A DNA stretch of 57,592 bases, from positions 18,798-76,389 of the forward strand of contig NMRA01000149.1 of NCBI GenBank assembly GCA_002633005.1, written 5' to 3'. Under the pieces are notes generated by a model that searched no databases, was not told where the DNA came from, and saw nothing but the letters and a program-made list of their open reading frames with translations. A program made the translations under genes and the position numbers. The first letter of the stretch is position 1. Every line of letters begins with the position of its first letter. The DNA comes from Phoronis australis. Taxonomy: Eukaryota; Animalia; Phoronida. This document shows, one piece after another, positions 12,698 through 24,988 of this stretch.

Positions 12698-13700
12698 TGT
12701 TCTGGCGCAGTGTCAGCGAACAATCGAGAGAAACAAAGGTGATTCTACGTACAGCCTAATTCTTTTATTCGTGTGCCGTCAGTACATAGACAAACTCGTA
12801 AACTGAAATAAACAAAACCCTGAGTCACTACTACGAAATATAATACAAGCACAGGCAGTGACAATATATACAAAAACCGTTATTTACATCAACGAAGAAA
12901 ATATACAAGTAACGAAATGGCTACATCAGATAAACTGAACCTAATTCATACACAATTCTGCCGTGAGACCGTGACGCAAACTAGACATGAAGTCACGCTA
13001 AACTTTTACAATAATATGAGCTAGAAACAGACTGGTTTGTGAATTGCAATCTCAAACTAATGACATGCATACACTGCACACAGATAAATACGAAATACGA
13101 ATGNGACAATATATACAAAACCGTTATTTACATCAACGAAGAAAATGTACAAGTAACGAAATGGCTACATCAGATAAACTAAATCTTATATGAAAATACT
13201 ATATACAAAAACGAACCTAATTCATACACAATTCTGCCGTGAGACCGTGACGCAAACTAGATATCAAGTCACGCTAAACTTTTACAATAATATGAGCTAG
13301 AAACAGACTGGTTTGTGAATTGCAATCTCAAGGTCGCAGCGAACAACGCCCAAACCATCGACACGAACCACGAAGGGCGAAATACGGCAAGTAAATAAAG
13401 CGAAAATACTGAAACTACACGGGACACGAGAGAATGCATTGCACAAACCAGAATAAGCAAAAGAACACTACTTACATCATGAAAACCCTGCAATCTCGAC
13501 GATGAAACCAATGAGATGCATACACTGCACACAAGATACGAAATACGAAATACGAATGAATGGAACTGGCGGGTAAAACGCTTTTAAATGTCAGTACCAC
13601 GTGACAAGTTCACAATCTGGGGGGGTACTTGAAAATGAGTACAACAGGAAACAATACTTAATATACACAGGCAATATGAACTATTGCGTCTGCAGTAACA
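12698..13700 (-). mobile_element. Possible solo LTR
   Basis: TGTT...AACA ends with weak terminal inversion; minus-strand AATAAA near 12765 and TATA-like near 13585; no TSD found; internal duplication around N at 13104. Confidence 0.3.
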
Positions 13701-16700
13701 CTTTGTATGTCCAATAACACGACACTTCTGCTCGTATCCACCGTCCTCTTTTCACTTGCGATCTCGAAAATCTTGATTAGTTTTAGTATGAACTTTGCTA
13801 ATAGTTTGAGAGGAATTTTTGAAGCGCATATACAGGGATTTGTTCAGGAGATCTGAAAATGGGCCAGCATGCACTTCAGGCAGTGCGTGGGATTCTTAGT
13901 CTATTACGGTGTTTGAAAATGGACCAAGCAATGGGTAATGGGCACCCTTAATAANTACCTCTTGTTTTCTTCAAACAAAATGCAGTTTTTGAAGTGTTGT
14001 GTAGAAATGCATCATACACTAAACCTAGCATGCCTTCAAGAAACTGTGGTTTTGAGGCCGCCGCATGAACGGAATTTACATGTGTACATATTGTGAAACT
14101 TTTAGCTGGTAAGTCGCAACAGCACCCAATTTCTTAAATGCTGGTTTGGAAAGCCAGTATCTTGGATATCACTGAAAGTATTATGTTTTCAATCGTAAAT
14201 ATCCGAACCTGTTATGTTTCTGAAATTGCAAATTCCATTCGCGCACTGCCACCATGCTCGGCTGCTTTTGTGTAGTACAAGAAGCATTGCGTGACACTTT
14301 GTATGTCCAATAACACGACACTTCTGCTCGTATCCACCGTCCTCTTTTCATGTGTGATCTCGAAGATCTTGATTAGTTTTAGTATGAACTTTGCTAATAG
14401 TTTGAGAGGACTTTTTCAAGCGCATATACAGGGATTTGTTCAGGAGATCTGGGCCAGCATGCACTGCAGGCAGTGCGTGGGATTCTTAGTCTGTTACGGT
14501 GTTTGAAAACTGGCCAAGCAATGGGTAATGGGCACCCTTAATAAGAATAAAACCTGCTTCTCTGAAGTATGAGATGGTGATGGGTTTGTATTATTAACTC
14601 ATAAGTACATTACACTTGACTTTTGGTTTCTGTAATCCTATAACAAATTTTTATTTTTGCACCAGCAAAACTGAAAATCCGCGAAGAAAAAATCTCATAC
14701 AGCTTCCCATGATCTCCTTCGTCACTGATGTAGCAAAACGAATGATATTTGTTCTATTTGGCATCTTGGTCGACAGATAATTGCACAATCGAGTAGCGCC
14801 TCCTAGAGTCTTTTAATTAAACTGACAGTCACAGATTGGCAGAAAAGTGTGTAAGTGAGTTACATGTATGTAAAAAACTGACTGCACAAAAACTATGAAA
14901 GAGACAAGATTTTTTATTCTTGCGTTGGGCTGAACAAAGACAGNGAAAAGTGTGTAAGTGAGTTATGTAAAAAACTGACTGCACAAAAACTATGAAAGAG
15001 ACAAGATTTTTTATTCTTGCTTTGGGCTGAACAAAGACAGCAGTAACAGATGGAAGTTAACTCATGTTCCAAAAGAATCCGATATAGATTTGGGAGAGTG
15101 CTAAAAATGCGTAAAAATGGCCTTAATAATAAGCAGTGAAAATGATGTTTTTTAGGCTAAAATGGGAGGACATAAAAAATCAATATATCCACTCGAACTA
15201 GTTTTTCTTGTATGTTATTCTTTCTCCTTTCTGCTATATAGTTATTTTTTTCAATAGCGTGAAGCGATGATGTGCTGTTGCTGACAAAATGTCACCTACT
15301 TCCAAGTACTATTATTTGCTATTTTTCAGAAAAATTACAAAGTGGTTGTAAAAAGGGTTAAAAAACTCGGAAACTCTTAAAAATTCAGGCTCAGGTTTCT
15401 TTTGACAAGGCCAGCTGATGTGCTAAGTTTCAAAAAAATTGGTGATTTTGCATATATAGCCCACCATCTGGTTTTTATATGGAATTGCTCTTAAGGTTTG
15501 ATTAATTACTGAAATGACATCGGTTGAAGAAAAGTTAAAAACAAATTATGTTTCGAGATATCGCCCAATATCCTTACATCATTTTAAGCTACTATAAAGA
15601 AAGGATTGATTTCTGAAATGAGGATGGTAAAAGATAGTAAAAATCAAAATTCTGCTATTAGATATTAAACGTCGTAATGTTATTTACAAATTTTTGTTCA
15701 AGTATGCGCGGTTCGTTGTGTGTCAAAATCACAACTACTTTAATTTGTCGTTTTAATTGTGTTGCACGCAACCTATATAGGCATTGCATTATATGAAATA
15801 GGTCTCAAATATTTCCCTTACTTGATCAAATACTCTTATAACTGCACTTCATACAATTTCAGAAGAATATACTTCTATCTTGAATGACCATGTGGTTGCC
15901 TAAAAGGAGCATGCCATCCAAAAAACAACCTAATTTTTATCAAGTTAGTTTGAGTAGTTCTACGCCATAGCGACAAGTGCGGTTACGTTACCTGACACCT
16001 GGTGGCAAACGTAGGTGTATTGCCAGTTGCTCGGAGCCCGATCAGACATCACTAACAAACCAACCAAAGTTCAGTTGAAAATAAACATCCAGTCAAGAGT
16101 ATACTATACTAGTTAGCTAAAGTAATGTGCACGTGATTATGTTAGTGAATTAGCCAGTCAGCTCCCAGCGCTTGCATCTGAACAAAAAGTAATGACTGAC
16201 AGACTCGAATGTTGATCCACGGAAATTTTAATGGGCCGCGCCCCCGCATCATTGACACATAGAATTAAGTTTTTAATGACGCACTGTTTAACTTAATTGT
16301 TCCAACTGGCACATTAAAATCATATTCTGATTTTTCACTAATTCACAGAGACCCCTAGAGTCGCTAACTTGACTTATGACAGACTTAGTGGCCCTGTGGC
16401 AGTGATTGTGCCATGGCTGTGTCACCAGTCATATTACTCATGGCCATCATGGGCATGGGTATGGCTATGTTTTCCTAAAATTATCCCTGCAATCGTACGG
16501 GTGACATTTTCATTTGAAATTGATGGACTGCAAGTCTGCAAGTATCCAAAAAGCTGATGATCACATCGTACGTTCATCATAGTCCTTCCGTCGGCAGTCC
16601 GGTTGTACAGTAGGCCTAGCCTACACTGCAGACAACAGACCAGTGGCAACGGGACTGTGACCGACTCGTCTAACAACCGTGAACAGAACACACAAAATGA

Positions 16701-16741
16701 AAACCATTGTATCATTTTATTGAAAAACAGATAATCCTTAC

Positions 16742-16830
16742 CTTTCTGGATCCTTAGGAAACCTAAAAAATGACACGTCTGGGGTTTTCGTGCATGAATT
16801 CCCGAAATCTATCGCACTTTAATTGCGTTC
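16742..16830 (-). pseudogene. THAP-domain first-exon remnant
   Basis: SAIDFGNSCTKTPDVSFFRFPKDPER followed by donor gtaagg; FFRFPKDPER is a typical THAP N-terminal motif; expected Cys residues appear mutated. Confidence 0.6.
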
Positions 16831-17469
16831 TTCCACGTTGTTTGGCTCTTCCTGTTTGACATTTGCTTGTTCATCACTTGGCGGCGCTAGTAGTAGCGGT
16901 AACAGCGAACTCACAAGTGAACTCTCATATACTACTACACTCCTTGTTAACAGTATTCTATCATCTACATGCGAGACGACTATAATTTTCATGATAATTA
17001 AAAATCACAAACTAATAAAAAACCGTTTAAACTTAAGATGGATAAGGGAAGGTTAAAATAAATATGTTAATCATCACTATCTATTGCTAGAAAATTTAAC
17101 ATACCAATATATTTTTTGAAATCTGCTGGTAAGCATCAGACAAAAAATGTTTGCCGCATGGATAAAAAGGAGTCAACAATTTCAGGAGTCGCAATCGTGA
17201 CGTTTGTCAAAGATTTTCGAATAGCGTAAGTGTAAGTTCTCAACTGCTCTAAAAGACGTTATCTTACGAAAATTTATATTAGGCACAGAATAATAGTTCG
17301 CTGTTTTTACGATCTTGTAAGCATTATTTCCATTATTACATCTAAGCTATTGTCAGAGTACGTACGTACTAGATGCAATGTGACCTAAACAGACGGAAAG
17401 ACAGATGCAACAAACTGTTAAAAAAAACACCTACGAACTTATGTTATATTCTAACAATTTGTTCTTGCG

Positions 17470-19260
17470 TTTTACTGCCGTGTCCAATTCATTCCGTTAT
17501 TGTTGAGGTACTGATACAGCTTTTCGCTTTTCTTAGAGCTACTTGATAAAACCTATGGATCTTCCCTAGTACATACCTATAAACAGGCAGAATGGATTTT
17601 GGCCTTACATGATGCTCTCATTTTCATTTAACAAAAACTGCGTCTCACTTGCTCTTTCAGCACTAACATCAATATGTAAAAAATAACTTGTGTATTTTTT
17701 CTGATGAAGTACTGTGTCTAGTGTCTGTACATTGTACATCAATACCAAAATATTTGAATACATCACTGTTTTGATTGCCAACCCTAAAGATTGTCTGAAT
17801 GATACAGATAACACTTTCAAAATTTTCAGTTCCTCCCCGAGAACTTTATCCACTCGACATGCTAGAAAACCAAATGACTTTGCCAAAAGTACCTGTTCTT
17901 ATATGCGTGATCGCTTAAATCATATTAACGCATTTGTCAAGTCACAACAAAGTTCTCTTTATTTAACCATAACTTGGGGGCCTAATGTTAACCTCTCTGT
18001 CAATAGGATTACACTCCAGAAAGCCAACTAAACGCAAAGACTCGAATTTGTCATTCTGAATTTCCTTAAAACCTCAGGTACATAACCTGGCTTTTGGATT
18101 AAGTCGGCCAATCAAAATATTCTCATTAATTTCAGCAGCAAATACCCGTTTAGTGTCTGTTACACTACCGTTAAGTATTTACAGATCATTCACCTGTGGT
18201 CAACAGACAGTTTTGCATCCTCAAGCTCAATGGAACCTGTAACATGAACCTGTAGCAACTTTTACTCTTGCCAGATGTTTTGCCTTCCTTTCTCATAATA
18301 CTTGCTCGAGTTAGGTTGTTTAGCAGCTTTCCATTGTCGTCATTGACACATATGTTTCCATACGATATCTTTTCCTTACGAATATCTGGACCGAACAGAG
18401 ACACACATTCTTTTTCAATTGAATTAGTTCTTTGGCCTTTAACAGACTTTCTTTGCTCAAAAGTAACGGAATGTCCACCGGTAGTACCCCGGTCATAATC
18501 TCACAATTCTTGGTTCAATTCCGCGTCATTAAGCTCATTCGTCCATTAGTAAAGATACTCTGTCCGTGCAAAAAGTGAAGCATCGCAGGTTTGATATTGA
18601 TTCGATTGGTGTTCCCGTTTTATTCTGCACAAAATTAACTTCAAGCTATTAAAAGCCACACACAACGGTCACGCATTGCATATCTAAAATGTCTCGATTC
18701 TATGGATCACTTACGAAAAACCAAGTTATTATCAATAGCCCAGTTAGTTTCATCAATTTTCTCTGGAGAATTCTTTGTTCATTGTATGACAGACTGGCAA
18801 ATACGACATTTTTTTCTTTTGCCAAATTTGTTCTGCGATTTTGTCCCTTTCTACAGTGACTGAGTCTCGTTCATGTTTGGGCTTTTCCATTCCTGTTGGG
18901 GATTTCCTTTATTTCTTGATTGAACAAGTAGTGTTTCCAATACTTTGTCCAAAAAATCTTGTGAAAAGTAACTAAAAGCATGATGGAGAAACAAATCATA
19001 TCTTAAACATTCTCGATTCAGCCGGTCAAAATCCGAAACAAGGAGCAATTCTTGATAGGTGTCGTTGTAAGTTTTTGATGTTTCTACAGAAATGCGCTAA
19101 TAACATGATCTGAGCAAAGCGAAAACCTTAATTCTTACACCACACGGCCGCTTAACGTGTATGAGGTTAATATTCTAATTTCGGACATACTATCTACTGG
19201 AACATTTGGAAATTTCCTTGCAGTGCTCTTCACCAATTTCACTATGGGTTACGCTATTAT
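17470..19260 (-). mobile_element. Decayed, internally deleted Ty1/Copia LTR retrotransposon internal region
   Basis: Ordered broken motifs: gag knuckle KCRICQS; protease-like ILDMQCVTVVCG; DIPLLLSKESLLKA; RT AFLECNPIDREVNIRPP, LDKCV, YDLSD; GFLACRVDKV (for HVDD) followed by FKYFGIDV. Confidence 0.7.
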
Positions 19261-20965
19261 ACTACAAAACGTTCGAGCGTATGCGCTTACGAATTATTCT
19301 GATTATGACCCGTAATATGTGGAAATAGAAGTGTTCTGGCTTTCCTTACTACTGACAACGGTTTTGTGAACATATGATGTTTTGTTGTCTTAGATACAAC
19401 CAATCGAATATACAATCGCTATTATTTAAATAACCTTTCATTGTCTATTGAAATGTACGTAGTTTCCCTCAAATAACGTATTATATCGAAACTACGGAAC
19501 GTGTTTGTTAACACGACAATACGTGCATGTACGGATTCATTGTGTTGTTTAAATTGTCAGTTTTTAATTTTTTGGTCATACTGTAAGGCGCGCCTTTACA
19601 AAGCACATCTGCAACATTATTTGTGTGTAGATATCATGGAAGTTGTGTATAAATTTACTTGGATCAAAGGTTTTGTAGTATTTACATCAATTTTGTAATA
19701 ATATTCTAATATTTTTCGAACAATTTATCACTCGATCATATTGATGAGGGACGATTAGCAGCCAGAGAATGATAATTGATCATTGAACATATGCCAATAT
19801 TATTGATATAATGTGTTAAGCATAGGTTTCCTCATGTTTTATGTTACTGCTGATGTCATATCCATATATTCTTCTTGTCTTAAATTAAGTATTGTATTGT
19901 ATTGAAATTGTGTATAAGTTATGAGAGGTTAGATCAAAGGATTCGTAGTATTCTGATAGTATTCGTAATTTTTGGTAAGGGCTGTCAGCGGCCAGTTGAT
20001 CAGAAATGATCATAAAAGATGTGTCAATTGTATTGATATTATATTTAAAAAATTCATTTCCTCATTTTTGTTGTTAATGTTGATGTCACATGCCATATAT
20101 TGTTCTTGTTTTCGATACAGCTATCTATTCGTGGAATGATATAATAAATTATTATTTGTATATCCGTAATGTTTCAAAAATGCGTTACTATGATTAACGT
20201 AATTTTAAACAGTTTTCTATACGCTTATCGTAAGATCCAAGTTTTCATTAAGGGGGGGGCAGATAGGATACCTGTAAGCGTAGCGTCAACTAAATGGAGG
20301 TCAAGTGGCGCTGTGTTCTATTTGTGTAACAAATAACGAACTTGAGAACGCAAAGTACTGTTCTTACATGGGTTTGCCTGTCAAAACACACGTCAATGGT
20401 CTCTTCAACCTTTCTTCACTTTGATAAATACTGCATGCAAATAAGGAGTCCTACAGATGAGCATAGAAATTTTATTCTTGTGTTTTTGACCTTTTTATTT
20501 CTAGTAACAAAACCACTGAACTAAGAAAAACAAGGGCAAAAAATTCAAAATTGCCACTTTTTACCCCGAAATCACAACCTTCCTGCCGATGCTCGACTAG
20601 CGCCAACGTTTGATTCAAAAAACAAATTTCCTACCGATACCAAAAATGCCCGAAAGCACTATCAACGAACTATTTTTTGCAATTCTGGCTTGTTTAAGGG
20701 CTACCTGAAATCGCGGCCAATTTCTCAGCTGCATCACATCAATGTACAACTGCATCAGGGGGCCACCATCTTGAAGAAGAGAGAAGCTGCAGCCGAAAAA
20801 CTGGCCTATTTTCATAAAAAAACCAATTTAAACAATATCAAACTAAGAAAATGCTCCAAGCGTGGCTTAGCCCTACCCTACATTTTAACATTTTGGGAGT
20901 GCAAATTGGCCGCAGTCACAGCCCTAAATGATATCCCTTCTCCATTTTATCACATGACCTTGGCT

Positions 20966-21961
20966 CAGTATAGGCGGATTTAGGGGAGGGGGTGGTAGAG
21001 GGCCCGCCTCCCCCTCCCCCCCTTGGCTGCTTCAAAAAAATTAAATCAGTAAGAGCGTAGGGAAATGTTGAGCTTATTAATTAACCCCTGTAATTAAAAT
21101 TATACGGATGAAAATTGATTTAAATGTGTGCACTTTTAGTGTTAGGGGGGGCTCAAATTCTATTTCTAGTGTCAAATTCTGAACACAACGCATTCGTTAC
21201 GGAACTAAGACTAAGTATAGGCTCACCCACGAAATCCCAGGCGACCGGCAGTGGCGCTGCGCACTACCACTCCTTTTTCGTTGTCTGCTCCACTGTACAA
21301 TGAAGAAAATTTACTTCATTTTGTAAGAAAATGGAACCTGAGTGACGATGAAAAAACAGAAGCTGCTGGTAAGATGTGAATTTTAATCGAAGCCTAAGTG
21401 AATCACTCAGAAACTTGCAATACTCTCTTTGTCAAACCTTTTCTTAGGACGATTTCCAAAGCAATCCCGTCATTATTGCCAACACGAAAAACGGATTTGG
21501 TTTTTTGGGCATTTGAAACTATTTTAAATAGGACTTGATGGCACAAAATATAAAACGTGGAATAAGCATTACAAAATGGAGTATGTTTCGCGCGCAAACG
21601 CTGTGGACCATAAACAAGTAGGTCTCTTAGTATGTGATCAGTAGTTAATTCGTGGTGGTGTAGTGGTAATGCACGCGCTCTCTAACGCCAGGTCGTGTGT
21701 TCGAATCTTTGGAATTTGCAGTTTTTCCTGTTTGACACGTTCTCCGTTTTTCCTTGGATAATAGTTCAGGAATCAAGGAAAATGCTAGATTTTCAGAGGT
21801 AAAAACAGAACACAAATTCCTGGACGGGAGGGGGGCAAACCCCCCTCCGATCTCTCCCCATTCGGTGCTATGCGCATCTACAATTGTGGTTCACTTTGTG
21901 CAAATGCTTGCAACCGGACAAAATGTTGGGCCCCCCTTGTGATATCCTAGATCCGCCACTG
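20966..21961. mobile_element. ~1 kb CAGTGGCGGATC-family MITE
   Basis: Left CAGTATAGGCGGATTTAGG, right CCTAGATCCGCCACTG; GCTCA at 20963-20967 and 21962-21966 is a probable TSD overlapping a damaged left end. Confidence 0.65.
21654..21707 (+). promoter_or_regulatory. tRNA-like Pol III A/B box segment (not a full tRNA)
   Basis: GGTGGTGTAGTGGTAA (A box) ... GTTCGAATC (B box); no acceptor stem. Confidence 0.55.
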
Positions 21962-22674
21962 GCTCATAAGTGTCGTGTAATCAAATTTGTTTACAGCTGG
22001 GTATGAATCACGTCACCAACAAAAAATCGCACATCTGCTAAAGCGGAAATTGTTATGTATAAACTGTATTGTACACGGAGAGTGCACAAAACTCTGGTCT
22101 GTGCGTATTATAACATACGATTAGTGGTGTTATGTTCCAACCGGATACAGAGCTACCCCAAATGCACAAACAAAACCAAATGTAATGTGTGTGTTAGCAA
22201 TGACACAATCAAAAATCGAAATTCCGCGTCCATTCTATCCAATTTTCCTTTTCCAGTTTCGCGAAACACTTGTCAACGCAGGATATTTCCAAATTAAGTG
22301 ACGAAAAACTAGTTCAAAATTACTAGTGACCCATCCAGAACAAAGCTATGAACGTTTTACAAATTTTAAAACAAAAATCTCAAAATAATTTTCAAACAAT
22401 ATACATCAGACAGTCCCCATGCCCAATTTGCGTACATGTATTTTGATCATTGTGAATTTCGTCATTTTAAAGAAATACCAGGTTGCTAAGAATCGATAAG
22501 GAAAGTGATAAAAGTTCATTATTAAACAGCTGAGTTAAAATTTTTTGAATCCATTGATCGCTAAAATGTGAGCGAAAACAAAACAGAAACACAAAGATCA
22601 ACGAACTATGCATAGTTTAAGAGCACATTTTATTTAACACTACAACTATTTTCATACAACAAATTGCTGGTTTT

Positions 22675-24407
22675 TTAGTTATCCTCTACGAGGGTCATTT
22701 CTGTAATCAAACCTCTTTTTATGCTAGCGATAATGGCGAATGGATATTTTGGCGTCTCCTTGGGTCTCTCACATTCGCTGTCAATCTAAAAAAATACTTT
22801 GATCCGTTGAGATAATGGTGCTGCAAACGAGAGAACAGAAACGCTACAGAATTATAATTGTATAGTGGCTTGAGATACAATGCGTGGCTTTGGCCAACCA
22901 ACGGTTTTTGTACAATTTGCCACTCAAAAATGCAGAAGAATTTCAAAATAAATGTACAATGTTAGGATTATGTATATTCGCCCAAACGTTTTTCTCTTGT
23001 TACCGATCTTTTCTGTAGATGACAGGATATCAAAAATTCGAAAAGATTTTCATTACTGTTCGTTTAAAATACAGATATACCACGAATTGTTTTTAAAGCA
23101 CACGTGATTTTTCTTGCGTGTGCGTTATGGCAAGCTATTATGCGTGTATGATCATAAATTTCCATATTGATAAGTTTTAAGACGGTGTTTGTGAGCAATT
23201 CATCATATGCTTTTTACCTTTTATTCATGGCCATTACTTGTATGGTCTCCTCTCTACTATCTTCGTCGATCTGCAATTAACAACACAATTCAGTATAACA
23301 CTTTCTTGATTTGTCTGAACATCGTGTATGTCATCTTTTCTCTGATTGATTGTATATAATGATATTTGGCTTTCTTTTGATTTTGATTGGACAAATATTA
23401 AGCTCTTTTTAAGGTAATAAAAATTCTTTCGTTTAGTACGTTTACAAATTTTTGGAATATCTTACCAAAACGGTCGTTTCCGTCACCGAATGCAGCGTTA
23501 CTTTGGAGCCATATACGTCTACCTCAAGTGGGTGAAAGCGCACTTGATCAGCTTCTTTGATATCAGTACCACTTGCATGAGATCCCCACAATTTGATCTC
23601 CGTTCCGTTATCAAGGGTGACAATTCTTCTTTTGTAGTGGGGTTCTTCTTTAAGATCAGAAACTTTTGACACTGTTCCTGCGAATGAACAGCGTCGCTTT
23701 TTTGGAGATGTTTTCAACTCCTCGGCCGTTATGTATGGCGGTGTTAGAAATTCCTTAATTTTGTTTCCATCAATCTCGAATGCAGCTACGTCTCCGAAAA
23801 TCTGAAAAACATGACAGATAATTGTTAAAAACCAGATGATTTAAAAATAAATCAAATTTACCTGACTGACGTGAAAGTATATGATAACTCATACGTAATA
23901 GCTACTAAAGCTAAACCTACCGTAGTCGCGTAAAATGCTCAATAGACTAATTTACGTTCACGTCTTTCTGCAAAAACTCTCCGACATATCAGTGTAGCTA
24001 TCTTACTTTATATAGGAAAATTTGCAATCACATTACTAGTTGCTCTAAAACGTTGAATATTTATGTATTTAAAAGTGTTATCACCAAGTTCATGAACTAC
24101 ATGCAAACACTACATTAAGCCTCTATAATGCAAAGCCATTATTTTAAAGTACAATAATATATTACATAAAATGTACTGCAGTTACCTGATATTCTTTTTT
24201 GTGTACTCGGATAGCATTGTCCGTCTCATACGTAGTGGTTAATAGTACATATGTATCTTTTTTCAATTCCTCATGAATCTCAGGAAGGAATAACGTTTTA
24301 ATACTTTTTGGTGTTGTCATGACGGGCACCGTCTGGCTAATAACTTCGCCTTGTAAATTTCTGCGTACTTCTGGATCGCTTATGACATAATATGAACATG
24401 TAGCCAT
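22675..24407 (-). CDS. Spliced OB-fold single-stranded DNA-binding (SSB/RPA-like) protein, probably Helentron accessory
   Basis: Phase-compatible exons 24407-24186 (74 codons), 23801-23466 (112 codons: FAGTVSKVSDLKE...IVTLDNGTEIKLWG...VDVYGSKVTLHS), 23270-23218 and 22820 onward; GT/AG sites; last exon either stops at 22781 or is frameshifted in a T7 run and ends at 22675; AATAAA near 22630. Confidence 0.7.
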
Positions 24408-24456
24408 CTTCGTGTCTTTGCTTGCAATAATTGTCTGAATGTGATTACGATTAAGC

Positions 24457-24497
24457 TTTTTATATCGTGCTATCTGCCAATATGATTTTGATTGGCC
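24457..24497 (-). promoter_or_regulatory. TATA box plus CCAAT boxes for the OB-fold gene
   Basis: Minus-strand TATAAAAA at 24457-24464, ~50 nt before the ATG; CCAAT in both orientations (24477 plus, 24491 minus). Confidence 0.55.
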
Positions 24498-24720
24498 AGT
24501 AATGTGCTGACGTTCTTTGTGCCTGTCAAACCGTTTGAGCGAAAAGAGGGACCATTTTTGGTAATGCTATTCTGGACACAAAATTTAGTTACGATAACGA
24601 GGTACACCATTAACCTACGACATATTTTGTGAATATATGGTTTAAACAAACATAATTTCTACCATCACGCGGAAGTTAACCTTCCAAAGACCGATTTCTC
24701 CATGCCTGACTAAAAGTCTG

Positions 24721-24988
24721 GATAACATAGTATGTTAGAGCCGTAAGAAGCGGAGGGGTGCACGGGCCTTTCCGACGTCCGTATTAAATCGTAACAACCG
24801 ACTTACGCATGAGTAGGGACAGTTCGAAAAACGAAAGAGTGCTAAATGCAGATCAAAGAGAGAATACCACAGAACATTTAACAATTACGTACGAGTGCAT
24901 GGTTTACCTTTTTAAGACGCGGGACATTGTTACTGTAGACGTGAATTTCGCGACACAGGTTGTCTAAACGCACATGAAAAACGTTCAG
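24721..24988 (+). pseudogene. Possible decayed zinc-finger exon divergent from the OB-fold gene
   Basis: One frame with stops: RTFNNYVRVHGLPF*DAGHCYCRREFRDTGCLNAHEKRS, then G|gtaatg donor; fits C-x3-F-x5-L-x2-H spacing. Confidence 0.35.

Noticed and set aside
12860-15040. Near-identical duplications around single Ns (13104, 13955, 14944; also 43751 and 56842)
   Set aside because: Each abuts a one-base N join, typical of overlapping haplotype contigs in a draft assembly; not treated as biological.
10381-15494. AACCAGATGG / CCATCTGGTT as TIRs of one large element
   Set aside because: Only a 10-bp match; the outer sequences do not correspond and there is no TSD.
18628-18714. Apparent minus-strand intron (gtaagt...tgcag)
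   Set aside because: The interval encodes the Copia protease-like motif, so the splice signals are probably coincidental.
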